Assembly (NCBI GenBank): GCA_963744145.1
Contig: CAVUSO010000001.1
Coordinates: 5,312,001-5,376,000, forward strand
Origin: an uncultured cyanobacterium
GTDB lineage: Bacteria > Cyanobacteriota > Cyanobacteriia > Cyanobacteriales > CAWUOF01
Reading direction: 5' to 3'
DNA length: 64,000 bases
The position numbers and the translations under genes were made by a program. Shown here piece by piece: positions 10,032-19,571 of this stretch (the first letter of the stretch is position 1; the number at the start of each line of letters is the position of its first letter). Below the pieces are notes generated by a model. It did not search any database. It was not told the origin of the DNA and was given only the letters and a program-made list of their open reading frames with translations.

Positions 10032-11749
10032 CTATCCATTAGTCACATCTTTCTTAACAATCCTGAAACTATTACCTAGTAACGGTTTCAGGATTCATGG
10101 CCGCAGGTGGAGTTGACTAATTGCACAGAATATGCAATTGAGAGCTGCGGGCGGACTAGGAGTGAGCTATACAGCAGTGGTCGCTCAGAAGAAAAGTCTT
10201 GATGAGTATAGTATAGAGAGGAAAAGAAGAAGTAAGGTGGAAGGAAAAAATGGAAAAGTGGGCAGAGCAAGAATTAGCCACAGTAGACTTGGGAGATGCG
10301 AGGAGAAACAAGCGATTAATTCGGTTGGTGGAAGATTTAGCCGCACAACCAACCAGCAGCGTCCCACAAGCTTGTGGCAATAGTGCAGCTACTAGTGCGG
10401 CTTATGACTTGTGGAAGTCGCCCTATTTTCAGCCATCAGATATCCGACAGGCACATACAGCCAGCACGATCGAAAGAATTAAAGCGCATCAGACAGTATT
10501 AGCAATACAAGATACCACAAATATCGATTTAACCAATCATCCTAGCACGAGAGGGATTGGTTATTTAGATCACCGAAAATCAGCCGGAATAAAAGTACAT
10601 TCAACGCTAGCTGTAACCACTTCAGGAGTACCATTAGGGATAATTGAGCAACAGGTATGGACTAGAGAGCTGGCGAATTTGGGGATAGCCAAAAAACGGC
10701 GGGAAAGAGAAATTAAAGAAAAGGAAAGCCACCGCTGGTTGGCAGGATTAAAAGTTACAGAAAATTTAATCCCAAGTGATATTCAAGTAGTAACCGTGGC
10801 GGATTCAGAAGCTGACATATTTGAGCTATTTAGCCAGCCTCGTGCCGCCAATTCCCATTTACTAATTCGCGGTACTCATAATCGGAAAGTAGACCATTCT
10901 GCCCAATATTTACATCAAGCGATCCGTCAAACTCCCGCAGCAGGAGAATTAAGTATAGAAGTCAAAAGAAATCCGACACATCAAGCTAGAACTGCCGTTC
11001 TGACAGTACGATTCGCCACTTTAGAGATTCAAGTTCCAGCACACCATATCGGGCGAAAGCAACTCCAACCAGTCAAATTACAAGTAATTCTAGCATTAGA
11101 AGAAAACCCAGAACCCGGAGTTAAACCGATTAGTTGGTTGTTAATTACCAGTCTGGAAGTTAATGACTTAGCAGCGGCAGTCCAATGTGTAGAATGGTAT
11201 ACATACCGTTGGTTAATAGAACGCTATCATTACACTCTAAAAAGTGGGTGTGGAATTGAGAAATTACAACTAGAAACCGTGCGAAGAATCGAAATGGCCT
11301 TAGCGACTTATACGATTGTAAGTTGGCGTTTATTATGGCTTACATATTCGGCTAGAACGAATCCAATGGCATCGAGTGCTGAGGTTTTAGAAACTCATGA
11401 ATGGCAATCTTTATGTGCGACTATTACTAAAAATCCTATCCCTCCAAAAACTCCACCTTCTTTACAAGAAGCCGTCCGTATGATCGCGATGTTGGGGGGA
11501 TTTTTAGGTCGAAAAGGTGATGGTGAACCGGGAGTAAAAACGATTTGGAGAGGATTAAGAAGATTACATGATATTGCAGCTACCTGGAAATTATGTACTT
11601 AAATTGGCTGGTGTATAGTTATTACTCTCCAACTCGTTACCAGATCATATTCTGGATCATTTTGTCAAGTAGCTTAATTACTATTAATCCTGAAACCGTT
11701 ACGGGGTAATAGTTTCAGGATTGTTAAGAAAGATGTGACTAATGGATAG
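10032..11749 (+). mobile_element. IS4-family (IS50/Tn5-like) insertion sequence, apparently intact
   Basis: ~64-bp terminal inverted repeats starting CTATCCATTAGTCACATC; 9-bp target duplication CCTACAAGG (10023-10031, 11750-11758). Confidence 0.92.
10250..11602 (+). CDS. IS4-family Tn5-like DDE transposase
   Basis: LGDARRNKRL N-terminus, QDTT, ADSEAD, YTYRWLIERYHYTLKSG, GGFLGRKGDGEPGVKTIWRGL. Confidence 0.95.
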   Translation: MEKWAEQELATVDLGDARRNKRLIRLVEDLAAQPTSSVPQACGNSAATSAAYDLWKSPYFQPSDIRQAHTASTIERIKAHQTVLAIQDTTNIDLTNHPSTRGIGYLDHRKSAGIKVHSTLAVTTSGVPLGIIEQQVWTRELANLGIAKKRREREIKEKESHRWLAGLKVTENLIPSDIQVVTVADSEADIFELFSQPRAANSHLLIRGTHNRKVDHSAQYLHQAIRQTPAAGELSIEVKRNPTHQARTAVLTVRFATLEIQVPAHHIGRKQLQPVKLQVILALEENPEPGVKPISWLLITSLEVNDLAAAVQCVEWYTYRWLIERYHYTLKSGCGIEKLQLETVRRIEMALATYTIVSWRLLWLTYSARTNPMASSAEVLETHEWQSLCATITKNPIPPKTPPSLQEAVRMIAMLGGFLGRKGDGEPGVKTIWRGLRRLHDIAATWKLCT

Positions 11750-11989
11750 CCTACAAGGAGAGGGGAGCAAGATTTATCCCCCGCATCGGAGACGATCGCC
11801 AACGCATTCGGTGAAAAAAAAGCCTTATTAAATTTATGGTTAGCAATGGATGAGATTAAAGCCAAAGTAGTTTATGTGCAGCAGGAATTGCTTTTAGAAC
11901 CTGGACAATTGACTTGAGATTTAAAAAATGTTATTCATGAAGATAAATAAGTGAAATAAAATTATGAAAATTAAAGGTATTAAACGGGG

Positions 11990-12288
11990 TATGGTTTAGT
12001 TAACTTGTAGGGGCAAAGCATTTCGGTGCGTAAATAATTGCTTAAGCGAAGAATAATATTACCGAAATGCTTTGCCCTCACCATCTATGCAGCCAATAGA
12101 TCAACTATATATTAAAATACATTCAGTTAAGATTTTTTTTTGAATATCTCGGCGAAGAACAGGGCGAAGCATTCGGATCTAAAATTAACGGATTTAAGCA
12201 ATAAATTGTCGCCCGAATGCTATGCCTCCGGCACGCTACGCGTTCGCGCAGCGTGCCGTAGGCAAACGCCCCTACACTTAACCGAACT
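11990..12288. repeat. Cluster of nested MITE/REP-like elements
   Basis: Two GGGC(A/G)AAGCATT(T)CGG...CCGAA(A)TGCT...GCCC stem-loops; a GC-rich palindrome TGCCTCCGGCACGCTACGCGTTCGCGCAGCGTGCCGTAGGCA interrupts the second. Confidence 0.65.
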
Positions 12289-12292
12289 TCTC

Positions 12293-12424
12293 CTACTTGG
12301 AATTGCCAAATAGCCCAGAGATAGTCCCATCATGCCTTTTGGGATCTTTCTTTTGTTTCTTAGTTTTATCAGAATCTGCTTTCGGTTTTTTAGATTCTTT
12401 GTTGCCTTTTTGTTCTTTTGACAT
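12293..12424 (-). CDS. Small basic protein, 43 aa (below the ORF-track cutoff)
   Basis: MSKEQKGNKESKKPKADSDKTKKQKKDPKRHDGTISGLFGNSK*; GGAG just upstream of the ATG. Confidence 0.6.
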   Translation of the reverse strand: MSKEQKGNKESKKPKADSDKTKKQKKDPKRHDGTISGLFGNSK

Positions 12425-12878
12425 AATGATTCTCCATTAAAATTGCTTTGAAAATACTTCCTCAAATACCAAAATAATTGGCAGATTCTAAGTAATCGTT
12501 GTTCCTTGTACCATCTGGTTTCAAAATAGTCCAATTGAGGTTGGCATTTCTGAGGTCTAAATTGCTCAAGTCTGACCCATTCAAATTTACGTTAGTAAAA
12601 TCAGTTATTTGCCTCGCAACCTGTAGCGTTGTCGCTTGTTTATATCTCTATTCTAATTGATAATACTGACTTTTACCATTTGCAAGTCCAGTTATATTAA
12701 CCGATTTTAAAAATATATTGCTTTCCTACTCCCATTCCGCACTTCTTAACCTTTAATTAATAACTTTTACTAATCGATCGCTGGTATTTTTTTTATATAC
12801 CTTGTGAATGAAGATTTTTCTGTAGCGATTTTCTGTGATATACTATACTACAGGTAAAATACAGATAACTCAGCAGAT

Positions 12879-15299
12879 TTGAAGATATCGGCTTTGATTG
12901 AAACAGAAACCCTAGAATTATTAGAATGGCCGCGCCTCTGCCAGCATTTGGCCACATTTACAGCAACGAAATTAGGTGCGATCGCGGCTCGTCACCTAGT
13001 TATTCCCGCAACTCAACCTGAAACACTGATTCTTTTGGCCCAAACCCAAGAAATTTATGACCTCGAAAATCGTTTGGCGACAAGCTTGACTTTTGACGGT
13101 ATACATGATATAGGGAATTCCTTAGAAAGAGCAGAAAAGCAAGGGATTTTAACAGGGGAAGAACTGCTAGCGATCGCGACAACTTTAGCAGGTGCTAGAC
13201 AATTACGTCGGTTGATTGATAACCAGCAAAATGTACCGATTTTAACTGCGCTGGTGGAGGAATTGAGAACTTATCCGGAAATTGAGCAAGAAATCCATCG
13301 ATGTATAGACGATCGAGGTAAAGTTGCCGATCGAGCAAGTGTGAAACTAGGGGAAATTCGTCGTCAAATTCGGCAAATCCGAGACAGAATTTATCAAAAA
13401 TTGCAAGGAATATTACAGCGTCAAGCAGGTGCGATTCAGGAACAGCTAATTGTGCAAAGGAGCGATCGCTTCGTAATTCCGGTCAAACAACCACAAAAAG
13501 ACGCAGTTCCTGGAATTGTTCACGATACCTCGATGAGTGGAGCTACTCTTTATATAGAACCCCATGGAGTTATTAATCTAAATAATGAATTACGTCAGTT
13601 TACAGGTCAAGAGCGGATTGAAGAAGAAGCGGTTCGACAGATCCTGACGGAGCAAATTGCAGTAGTGAAGTTAGATTTAGAAAGATTATTAGCAATTATT
13701 ACTACTTTAGATCTAGCTACTGCTCGCGCTCGTTATAGTTTGTGGTTAGGTGCAAATCCACCAATATTTATTGATAGAAGTATTGAGAATAGTTCATCAA
13801 AGCCAATAGACCAGCAAATTACTTTAAGACAACTATGTCATCCACTTTTGATCTGGCAACATCAGCATGAAGATGGAGATCGAGTAGTTCCCATTGATTT
13901 ACTGATTCAACCCCAGATTCGAGTAGTAACAATTACCGGTCCGAATACTGGTGGTAAAACTGTGACTCTGAAAACATTAGGATTAGCAGCACTAATGGCA
14001 AAAGCAGGATTATTTGTACCAGCGCGGGAACCAATAGAATTACCTTGGTTTGATAAAATTTTAGCAGATATTGGTGATGAACAGTCGTTAGAACAAAGTT
14101 TATCGACTTTTTCTGGTCATATTCGTCGCATTAGCCGCATTTTAGCAACAATGACCGAAAAAAGTCTGATCTTGCTAGATGAAGTTGGTGCAGGAACCGA
14201 TCCAGCGGAAGGAAGTGCATTAGCGATCGCTTTATTGCGATATTTAGCAGATCATACCTTATTAACGATCGCGACTACCCATTTTGGCGAACTGAAAGCT
14301 TTGAAATATGAAGATGAGGGGTTTGAAAATGCTTCGGTAGAATTTGATGATGTGAGTCTTTCTCCTACCTATAGATTATTATGGGGAATTCCTGGTAGAT
14401 CGAATGCACTGACGATCGCCGAGCGGTTGGGATTAAAACCAGAAATTACCCAAATGGCACAAACGTTAGTAGGGGGAGCATCAGAGGATGTGAATCATGT
14501 GATTGCTGGGTTAGAATCTCAACGTCGTCGTCAAGAAACTAAAGCTAATGAAGCAGCAAAATTACTAGCACAAGTAGAAAGTTTACATCAAGAACTAGCT
14601 CAAAAAACTGCGGCTTGGCAACAACGAGAACAAGAGTTAAAGTTAAACCAAGAGCGGATTATTCAAGAAGAAATTGCTCGCGCTAAATCAGAAATTGCTC
14701 AAGTAATTCGACGATTACAAAAAGGTAATGTAGCAGCACAGGATGCTCGAGAAGCAACGGAAGCAATTAATCAAATTACCCAGCAGAAATTACCAGTCAA
14801 AAAAGAAGCACCACCAAAACCAGGTTTTTGCCCCCAAATTGGCGATCGCATCCGGATTCCGCGTTTAGGACAAACTGCACAAGTGCTAACTAATCCAGAT
14901 ATTAATGGACAATTAACGGTAAGATTTGGGTTAATGAAAATGACAGTAGCAATTCAAGACATTGAATCCTTAAATGGGGAAAAACCGGAAGCATTAACTA
15001 AACCGAAATCTGCTCCTGTACCGATTGCTGTTACTGTGCAAAAAGCTCCAACTATTCGGACTTCCCAAAATACTATTGATTTGCGCGGTAGTCGAGTTGC
15101 AGATGCAGAAATTGAGTTAGAGCGGGCGATCGCGGCTGCTACTGGAGATGTATTATGGATTATTCACGGTAAAGGAACTGGACAATTAAGACAAGGTGTT
15201 CACGAATTTTTACAACAGCATCCTCAGATTAGTCATTATGAACTAGCAGGAACTGCTGATGGTGGTTCGGGTGTGACGATCGCGACTTTAATCAGTTAG
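12879..15299 (+). CDS. mutS2: Endonuclease MutS2
   Basis: TGPNTGGKT, DIGDEQS...LSTFS, LLDEVGAGTDP, C-terminal Smr IIHGKGTG. Confidence 0.97.
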   Translation: MKISALIETETLELLEWPRLCQHLATFTATKLGAIAARHLVIPATQPETLILLAQTQEIYDLENRLATSLTFDGIHDIGNSLERAEKQGILTGEELLAIATTLAGARQLRRLIDNQQNVPILTALVEELRTYPEIEQEIHRCIDDRGKVADRASVKLGEIRRQIRQIRDRIYQKLQGILQRQAGAIQEQLIVQRSDRFVIPVKQPQKDAVPGIVHDTSMSGATLYIEPHGVINLNNELRQFTGQERIEEEAVRQILTEQIAVVKLDLERLLAIITTLDLATARARYSLWLGANPPIFIDRSIENSSSKPIDQQITLRQLCHPLLIWQHQHEDGDRVVPIDLLIQPQIRVVTITGPNTGGKTVTLKTLGLAALMAKAGLFVPAREPIELPWFDKILADIGDEQSLEQSLSTFSGHIRRISRILATMTEKSLILLDEVGAGTDPAEGSALAIALLRYLADHTLLTIATTHFGELKALKYEDEGFENASVEFDDVSLSPTYRLLWGIPGRSNALTIAERLGLKPEITQMAQTLVGGASEDVNHVIAGLESQRRRQETKANEAAKLLAQVESLHQELAQKTAAWQQREQELKLNQERIIQEEIARAKSEIAQVIRRLQKGNVAAQDAREATEAINQITQQKLPVKKEAPPKPGFCPQIGDRIRIPRLGQTAQVLTNPDINGQLTVRFGLMKMTVAIQDIESLNGEKPEALTKPKSAPVPIAVTVQKAPTIRTSQNTIDLRGSRVADAEIELERAIAAATGDVLWIIHGKGTGQLRQGVHEFLQQHPQISHYELAGTADGGSGVTIATLIS

Positions 15300-15595
15300 A
15301 ACTCCTGAGAATAGCAACAAGTAATTCATCAACCCAATGTTGATCAGACTCTGAGAGCTTTGGTAAAGGAACGGGTTGAGGTTATTTTTGCCAGCAGCTT
15401 ATGCAGAAATCGACTGGGAAAGACCCCCAGAATTTTTGGACAAGGAACTACAAAAAGTTGTGCAATTTTTCAACAAAGCATCACCTCCTCAAACCAATAG
15501 ACATAGCTAATTTTTTGACACATACATGCTTGAAAATAGCGGATTTATCTAATAATTTTTCTCCCCATTCTGGCGGAATAGATATTAGTTGGTTA

Positions 15596-15622
15596 GTAGG
15601 GGCGTATTGCTATACGCCCCTA
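15596..15622. repeat. REP-like palindrome GTAGGGGCGTATTGC.ATACGCCCCTAC
   Basis: Hairpin; related copies at ~20760, ~21104 and ~38353. Confidence 0.75.
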
Positions 15623-15751
15623 CGATTGGGAGTATTCCAGTTTGGAACTAAGCAGAAATACTCAAGCAGGATGAATTGTTAAGATAAGCACAACGAAGTC
15701 GGAGCATCCGAGGGACATTTTGCCGTTTCCACATGGCACCACTAATCTTGA

Positions 15752-16234
15752 CCTAACTTAACATTAGCAAACCTAGCAGGAGCAAATCTAGCTCAAGCTA
15801 ATCTAACCTCTGCTAATTTCTCAATAGTAAATTTAACGGGAGCTGACTTAAGTGGAACTAATATAACTTCAGCAAATTTAACAGGAGCAGATTTAAGTAA
15901 AGCCAATTTACAAAATGCCCAATTAAATCAAGTATTATTAAGTAACACAAAATTAATAGAAGTCTGTTTACTAGGAGCAAAAATTGTTAATACTAAGCTA
16001 AAGGGAATAGACTTAACCAAAGCGAATTTATGTGGTGCTAATCTTAATAGTTTAGATCTGACTGAGGCAAATTTCACTTCTGCTAATTTAATTGGAGCTA
16101 ATCTACAAAATGCCAATCTAGAAAGGGCTAACTTAAAAGAAGCAAACCTAACTGGTGCTAACCTACAAAACGCCAAATTAAATGGTGCTATGCTAACTGG
16201 TGCAATTATGCCAGATGGGACGATTCACAAATAG
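15752..16234 (+). pseudogene. 5'-truncated pentapeptide-repeat gene
   Basis: About 160 open codons of A(N/D)Lxx repeats ending GAIMPDGTIHK*, preceded directly by an in-frame TGA with no start codon. Confidence 0.8.
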
Positions 16235-16329
16235 AGTGTTTATTGGCGATCACACTTAATCCCGGAGCTGTGTCTTCTTGGTAGCGAGGTAATCACATTT
16301 TTCCAGCTCTGGACAAGGTTTTGAGTGGT

Positions 16330-16357
16330 GCGATCGCTCTCCTATCCTATAATTTAG
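16330..16357 (+). promoter_or_regulatory. HIP1-TATAAT motif, repeated at 17553-17580
   Basis: GCGATCGCTCTCCTATCCTATAATTTAG vs GCGATCGCTCTTATATCCTATAATATAG (25/28 identical), each just upstream of a gene. Confidence 0.6.
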
Positions 16358-16397
16358 ATGTGCCATGTAGTATAACCATCCATCCACCGCGACAGAA

Positions 16398-17498
16398 ATG
16401 TTAGACCAATCAGCCTTAACAAAGACAGACCATGGTTGGCAATTTGCCACAGAGAAAGACTTGGAAGACTTTGTTTGGCAAAATATACAGGAGTTGTTCG
16501 GATTAACTCCTTTCAAAAGACAGTATTCGGCTAAGGGTGAATATTGCGATATTTTGGCAATTAGTGAAAATAGACAGTTAACCATCTTAGAACTCAAAAA
16601 TACAGAAGACCGTTATATTGTCCAACAGCTAACCCGTTACTATGATAATTTGCTTTCTGAGAGACCTTTAGCTGATCAAATAGATTATGAGCAAACAGTT
16701 CAATTAATTGCACTTAAACCATGTTTTCATCGACACAATGAGATAGATAGAAAATATCATTTGCTGCAATTTCAATTCCTGCTATTTGATATTGTCCAGG
16801 AAGATAAGCAACTTTATTTTAATCTGAAAAATTCTGATAATACTTTGATAATTCGTCAATTACCTATTCCTTATCCTCAAGAGTATGTTGATGAAGATGA
16901 TATTATTACTTTAAATGTTAAGACTATTCCCCCATTACCTAAATCACTTCAAACCAAACTAAACGAACGTTACCAAAATGATAAGTCTAGGATTTTAGAA
17001 ATTCGTGAAAAGATTCTTATGTTTGATGAACAGATGGGAGAAAATAATACACCTACAGATACTTGTTATGGGTTAAAAGGGCGAAATGGTAATATAATTG
17101 ACGGTTTTCAGTGTGTTGAGTTTTGGCACAAAGTTGTGAACATAGATGATGAAAAAAAATCTTATTTTTATTGGTTTTATTTATGGTTACCTTTTCCTAG
17201 AAAAATGTTGGGAATTTATTCGCAATCTACAGATAAAAAGATTGCCAGAATAAAGATTAATAGTCTAGATTTACAATCAGTTTCTACTATTACTATTAAT
17301 CAAAATCAAAAAGTCCGTACATCACCACCGTTGATAGATCATAGAGTATCAGCATATTCAGATTGGTATAGTCGGCTAATGGGAAAACAAATTCAGTTAA
17401 ATACTGTAGATGATCTTATTGATATTGCTTTGGAGGAATGGTTAAAAAGAAAGAATGAGAAGTTAAATGGTGCTAATAGGACTAATATTGATGAGTAG
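16398..17498 (+). CDS. NucS/RecB-like PD-(D/E)xK nuclease with unknown C-terminal domain
   Basis: EKDLEDFV...CDILA...ILELKN...VQQLTRY motif set. Confidence 0.75.
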   Translation: MLDQSALTKTDHGWQFATEKDLEDFVWQNIQELFGLTPFKRQYSAKGEYCDILAISENRQLTILELKNTEDRYIVQQLTRYYDNLLSERPLADQIDYEQTVQLIALKPCFHRHNEIDRKYHLLQFQFLLFDIVQEDKQLYFNLKNSDNTLIIRQLPIPYPQEYVDEDDIITLNVKTIPPLPKSLQTKLNERYQNDKSRILEIREKILMFDEQMGENNTPTDTCYGLKGRNGNIIDGFQCVEFWHKVVNIDDEKKSYFYWFYLWLPFPRKMLGIYSQSTDKKIARIKINSLDLQSVSTITINQNQKVRTSPPLIDHRVSAYSDWYSRLMGKQIQLNTVDDLIDIALEEWLKRKNEKLNGANRTNIDE

Positions 17499-17499
17499 A

Positions 17500-17563
17500 C
17501 ATCATTTCCCTTTTATGTTGCCCCCATTTCTCCCACATCTGACGGTTAAAGGGCGATCGCTCT
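17500..17563 (+). repeat. Inter-cassette linker, copy A
   Basis: CATCATTTCCCTTTTATGTTGCCCCCATTTCTCCCACATCTGACGGTTAAAGGGCGATCGCTCT; near-identical at 19352-19414, partial at 20455-20490. Confidence 0.9.
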
Positions 17564-17635
17564 TATATCCTATAATATAGCACAATATGGATCAGAATTG
17601 ACCAAATATAGGGCAATTCAAAAGGAGATGCTTTT

Positions 17636-17887
17636 ATGCGATCGGAATTACGGATTGAGACTAAAGTTTTACCAGGCAACAAGATTGAGATCAATTTGCC
17701 TGCCGATATGCTCTCAAGTTCTGTGGGACAAACCATTGAGGTGATTGTTCTGCTGCCTGAGCGACCGCAATTAATGCGGCAGAATATCCTGGAATGGATT
17801 GAGCAGGCACGTAGCCGAGTATCCTTCAGAAGCGTTGAAGAAATTAACCGTGACCTGCAAGCCGAAAGAGACTCATGGGACAGCTAA
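17636..17887 (+). CDS. Putative antitoxin of the adjacent PIN toxin
   Basis: 83 aa, GGAG RBS, ends EEINRDLQAERDSWDS and overlaps the PIN gene start. Confidence 0.75.
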   Translation: MRSELRIETKVLPGNKIEINLPADMLSSSVGQTIEVIVLLPERPQLMRQNILEWIEQARSRVSFRSVEEINRDLQAERDSWDS

Positions 17888-18297
17888 ATTTGCCAGACTC
17901 TGCCAGAATTTACATCGATACCTCAGTTGTAATTTATACAATCGAGGTCAATCCCAATTATTGGCAACTGCTGCAACCGCTGTGGCAAAAATTTCAAGCA
18001 GGACAAATTGAGTTGATTACTAGCGAACTCACTCTCATGGAATCTTTGGTGATCCCATTTAAACAATCCAATGTCAATCTAGTTGATACCTATGAGCAGT
18101 TGCTTTTATCCTCAGTGCTGCAACTTATCCCAATTAGTCGGACTATCTTAAGGGAAGCAGCAAGACTACGCGCTATCATGTCTTCCTTAAGAACGCCTGA
18201 TGCCATTCATGCTGCGACCGCGATCACTTCACACTGCACTCTCCCCAACACCAACAAATGCTCCTCATATTGGCCAATAGAATGTGATCGCGCATAG
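17875..18297 (+). CDS. vapC: VapC/PIN-domain toxin with aberrant C-terminus
   Basis: IYIDTSVVIY, SELTLMES, TPDAIHAATA; the expected terminal T-x-D motif is missing. Confidence 0.75.
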   Translation: MGQLNLPDSARIYIDTSVVIYTIEVNPNYWQLLQPLWQKFQAGQIELITSELTLMESLVIPFKQSNVNLVDTYEQLLLSSVLQLIPISRTILREAARLRAIMSSLRTPDAIHAATAITSHCTLPNTNKCSSYWPIECDRA

Positions 18298-18323
18298 TAG
18301 ATGGATAAACGAGTGGGTAAACT

Positions 18324-18417
18324 CTTCGACTACGCTCAGGGCAAGCTCAGGGCAAGCGCTTAAGCAATCATTTATTCGCCGAAATGCTCTTTGCCCCTAC
18401 GGTTAACTGAACTGTAT
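18324..18417. repeat. Partial MITE/REP debris
   Basis: GCTCAGGGCAA duplicated; CCGAAATGCT...GCCCCTAC half-element as at ~12060; end-like TTAACTGAACTGTAT. Confidence 0.5.
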
Positions 18418-18446
18418 TGGATTATAAATTAGGGAGTCAATGAATT

Positions 18447-19298
18447 ATGGATCATCGTAAAAACTTTGAAACTTTTACTAAATTGGGAGCGTTAAAGGAT
18501 AATGCAATTAAACTTTGTGGCGAACAATTTATAAATAATTTAATTCAACAGAAGATTAATTCTAAAAATGATAAGTTTTGGTATGCAGTTAATCAAAAAC
18601 TAGGTATACCAGATGATGCTTATGAGCAAATGTTAATTCAGCGGCAAGAGGAAGAAGAAAGAATAAAAGCTAAAGAAAAAGATCGGATTGACACTCTGAT
18701 CAAAAATAGAGTTTTACTTGAAATAATAGATCGAGAAAATTGGCATATTAAAGTCTTTGAAACATTTGAAATAGTTGACAGAATCGTTGATAAAAGTTTT
18801 TTTGCAGAAGCTGTTAAATTAGATGATCCACAGACTACTATAATTACAGACTTTTTCAATAAGAAAAAACGAGCTATCAGTGAAATTAGTTCTTTAATTG
18901 ATAACTTTGAGCGAGAACAAAGAAAACAACGTAATGTCAAAATTATCAGTCAGATTTATTTGATGTATTTATATGTATCTGGAGGGGATAAATATAATGA
19001 GCTTTCAAGAGATGATCCGAAGAAAAAAGATAAAGAAACATTTCTAGGAATTGAGAGTTGGGTAGCAGATTTCGATATATTACCAGAAATTGATAAAGAA
19101 GGATTAATTAGACAACCCCAAAGAATGGGTAAACATCCCAAAAAAGTAACTTATATTGAATTTACAAGAAAAGGAATGCAGACCGCTAGAGAAGCTTTAC
19201 AAAAAGTTGATTTAGAGGGTTTGGCAGATTTTCTCAGAGAGAGAGAATACCATGAGGATTATTTTGCTCAAGAAAGATTTAATGAAGATGAAGATTAA
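18447..19298 (+). CDS. Hypothetical protein with a C-terminal DUF6429-like/winged-helix-like region
   Basis: LMYLY...W..DFDIL..ID.EGLI...IEFTRKG...ARE pattern; GGAG RBS. Confidence 0.55.
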   Translation: MDHRKNFETFTKLGALKDNAIKLCGEQFINNLIQQKINSKNDKFWYAVNQKLGIPDDAYEQMLIQRQEEEERIKAKEKDRIDTLIKNRVLLEIIDRENWHIKVFETFEIVDRIVDKSFFAEAVKLDDPQTTIITDFFNKKKRAISEISSLIDNFEREQRKQRNVKIISQIYLMYLYVSGGDKYNELSRDDPKKKDKETFLGIESWVADFDILPEIDKEGLIRQPQRMGKHPKKVTYIEFTRKGMQTAREALQKVDLEGLADFLREREYHEDYFAQERFNEDED

Positions 19299-19309
19299 TT
19301 AATCTCACA

Positions 19310-19486
19310 GCGATCGCACTCTTCCAATATCATCCCAATCGCGATCGCACCCATCATTTCCCTTTCATGTTGCCCCCTTTCTCCCACATCTGACGGTTAA
19401 AGGGCGATCGCTCTCCACCTGTCTCAACTGTGATCGCACCTCACCGAATAAATATGGACAACTGGGAAATTTTGAGTAGCGATCGC
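19310..19486 (+). repeat. HIP1 stack containing linker copy B (19352-19414)
   Basis: GCGATCGC at 19310, 19341, 19404, 19479 and GTGATCGC at 19430. Confidence 0.85.
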
Positions 19487-19571
19487 AATTTTAGGTAGAA
19501 AAATGCCAATTATTTTCAGATGGTTTGATCTGTGGATTGATATATAATTTAGATGCGGAGGGGTTAATCCT

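Noticed and set aside
12220..12534. Minus-strand 104-aa ORF
   Set aside because: Runs through repeat elements; a shorter ORF in another frame (12293-12424) has a proper ATG and RBS
15401..15682. Plus-strand 93-aa ORF
   Set aside because: Crosses unrelated gene fragments and a REP hairpin; the protein-like signal lies in other frames
15928..16176. Minus-strand 82-aa ORF
   Set aside because: Antisense shadow of the pentapeptide-repeat remnant
17460..17476. TTAAATGGTGCTA (KLNGA) shared by the nuclease 3' end and the pentapeptide remnant (~16178)
   Set aside because: A 13-bp AT-rich match is too short to support a shared origin without homologue data
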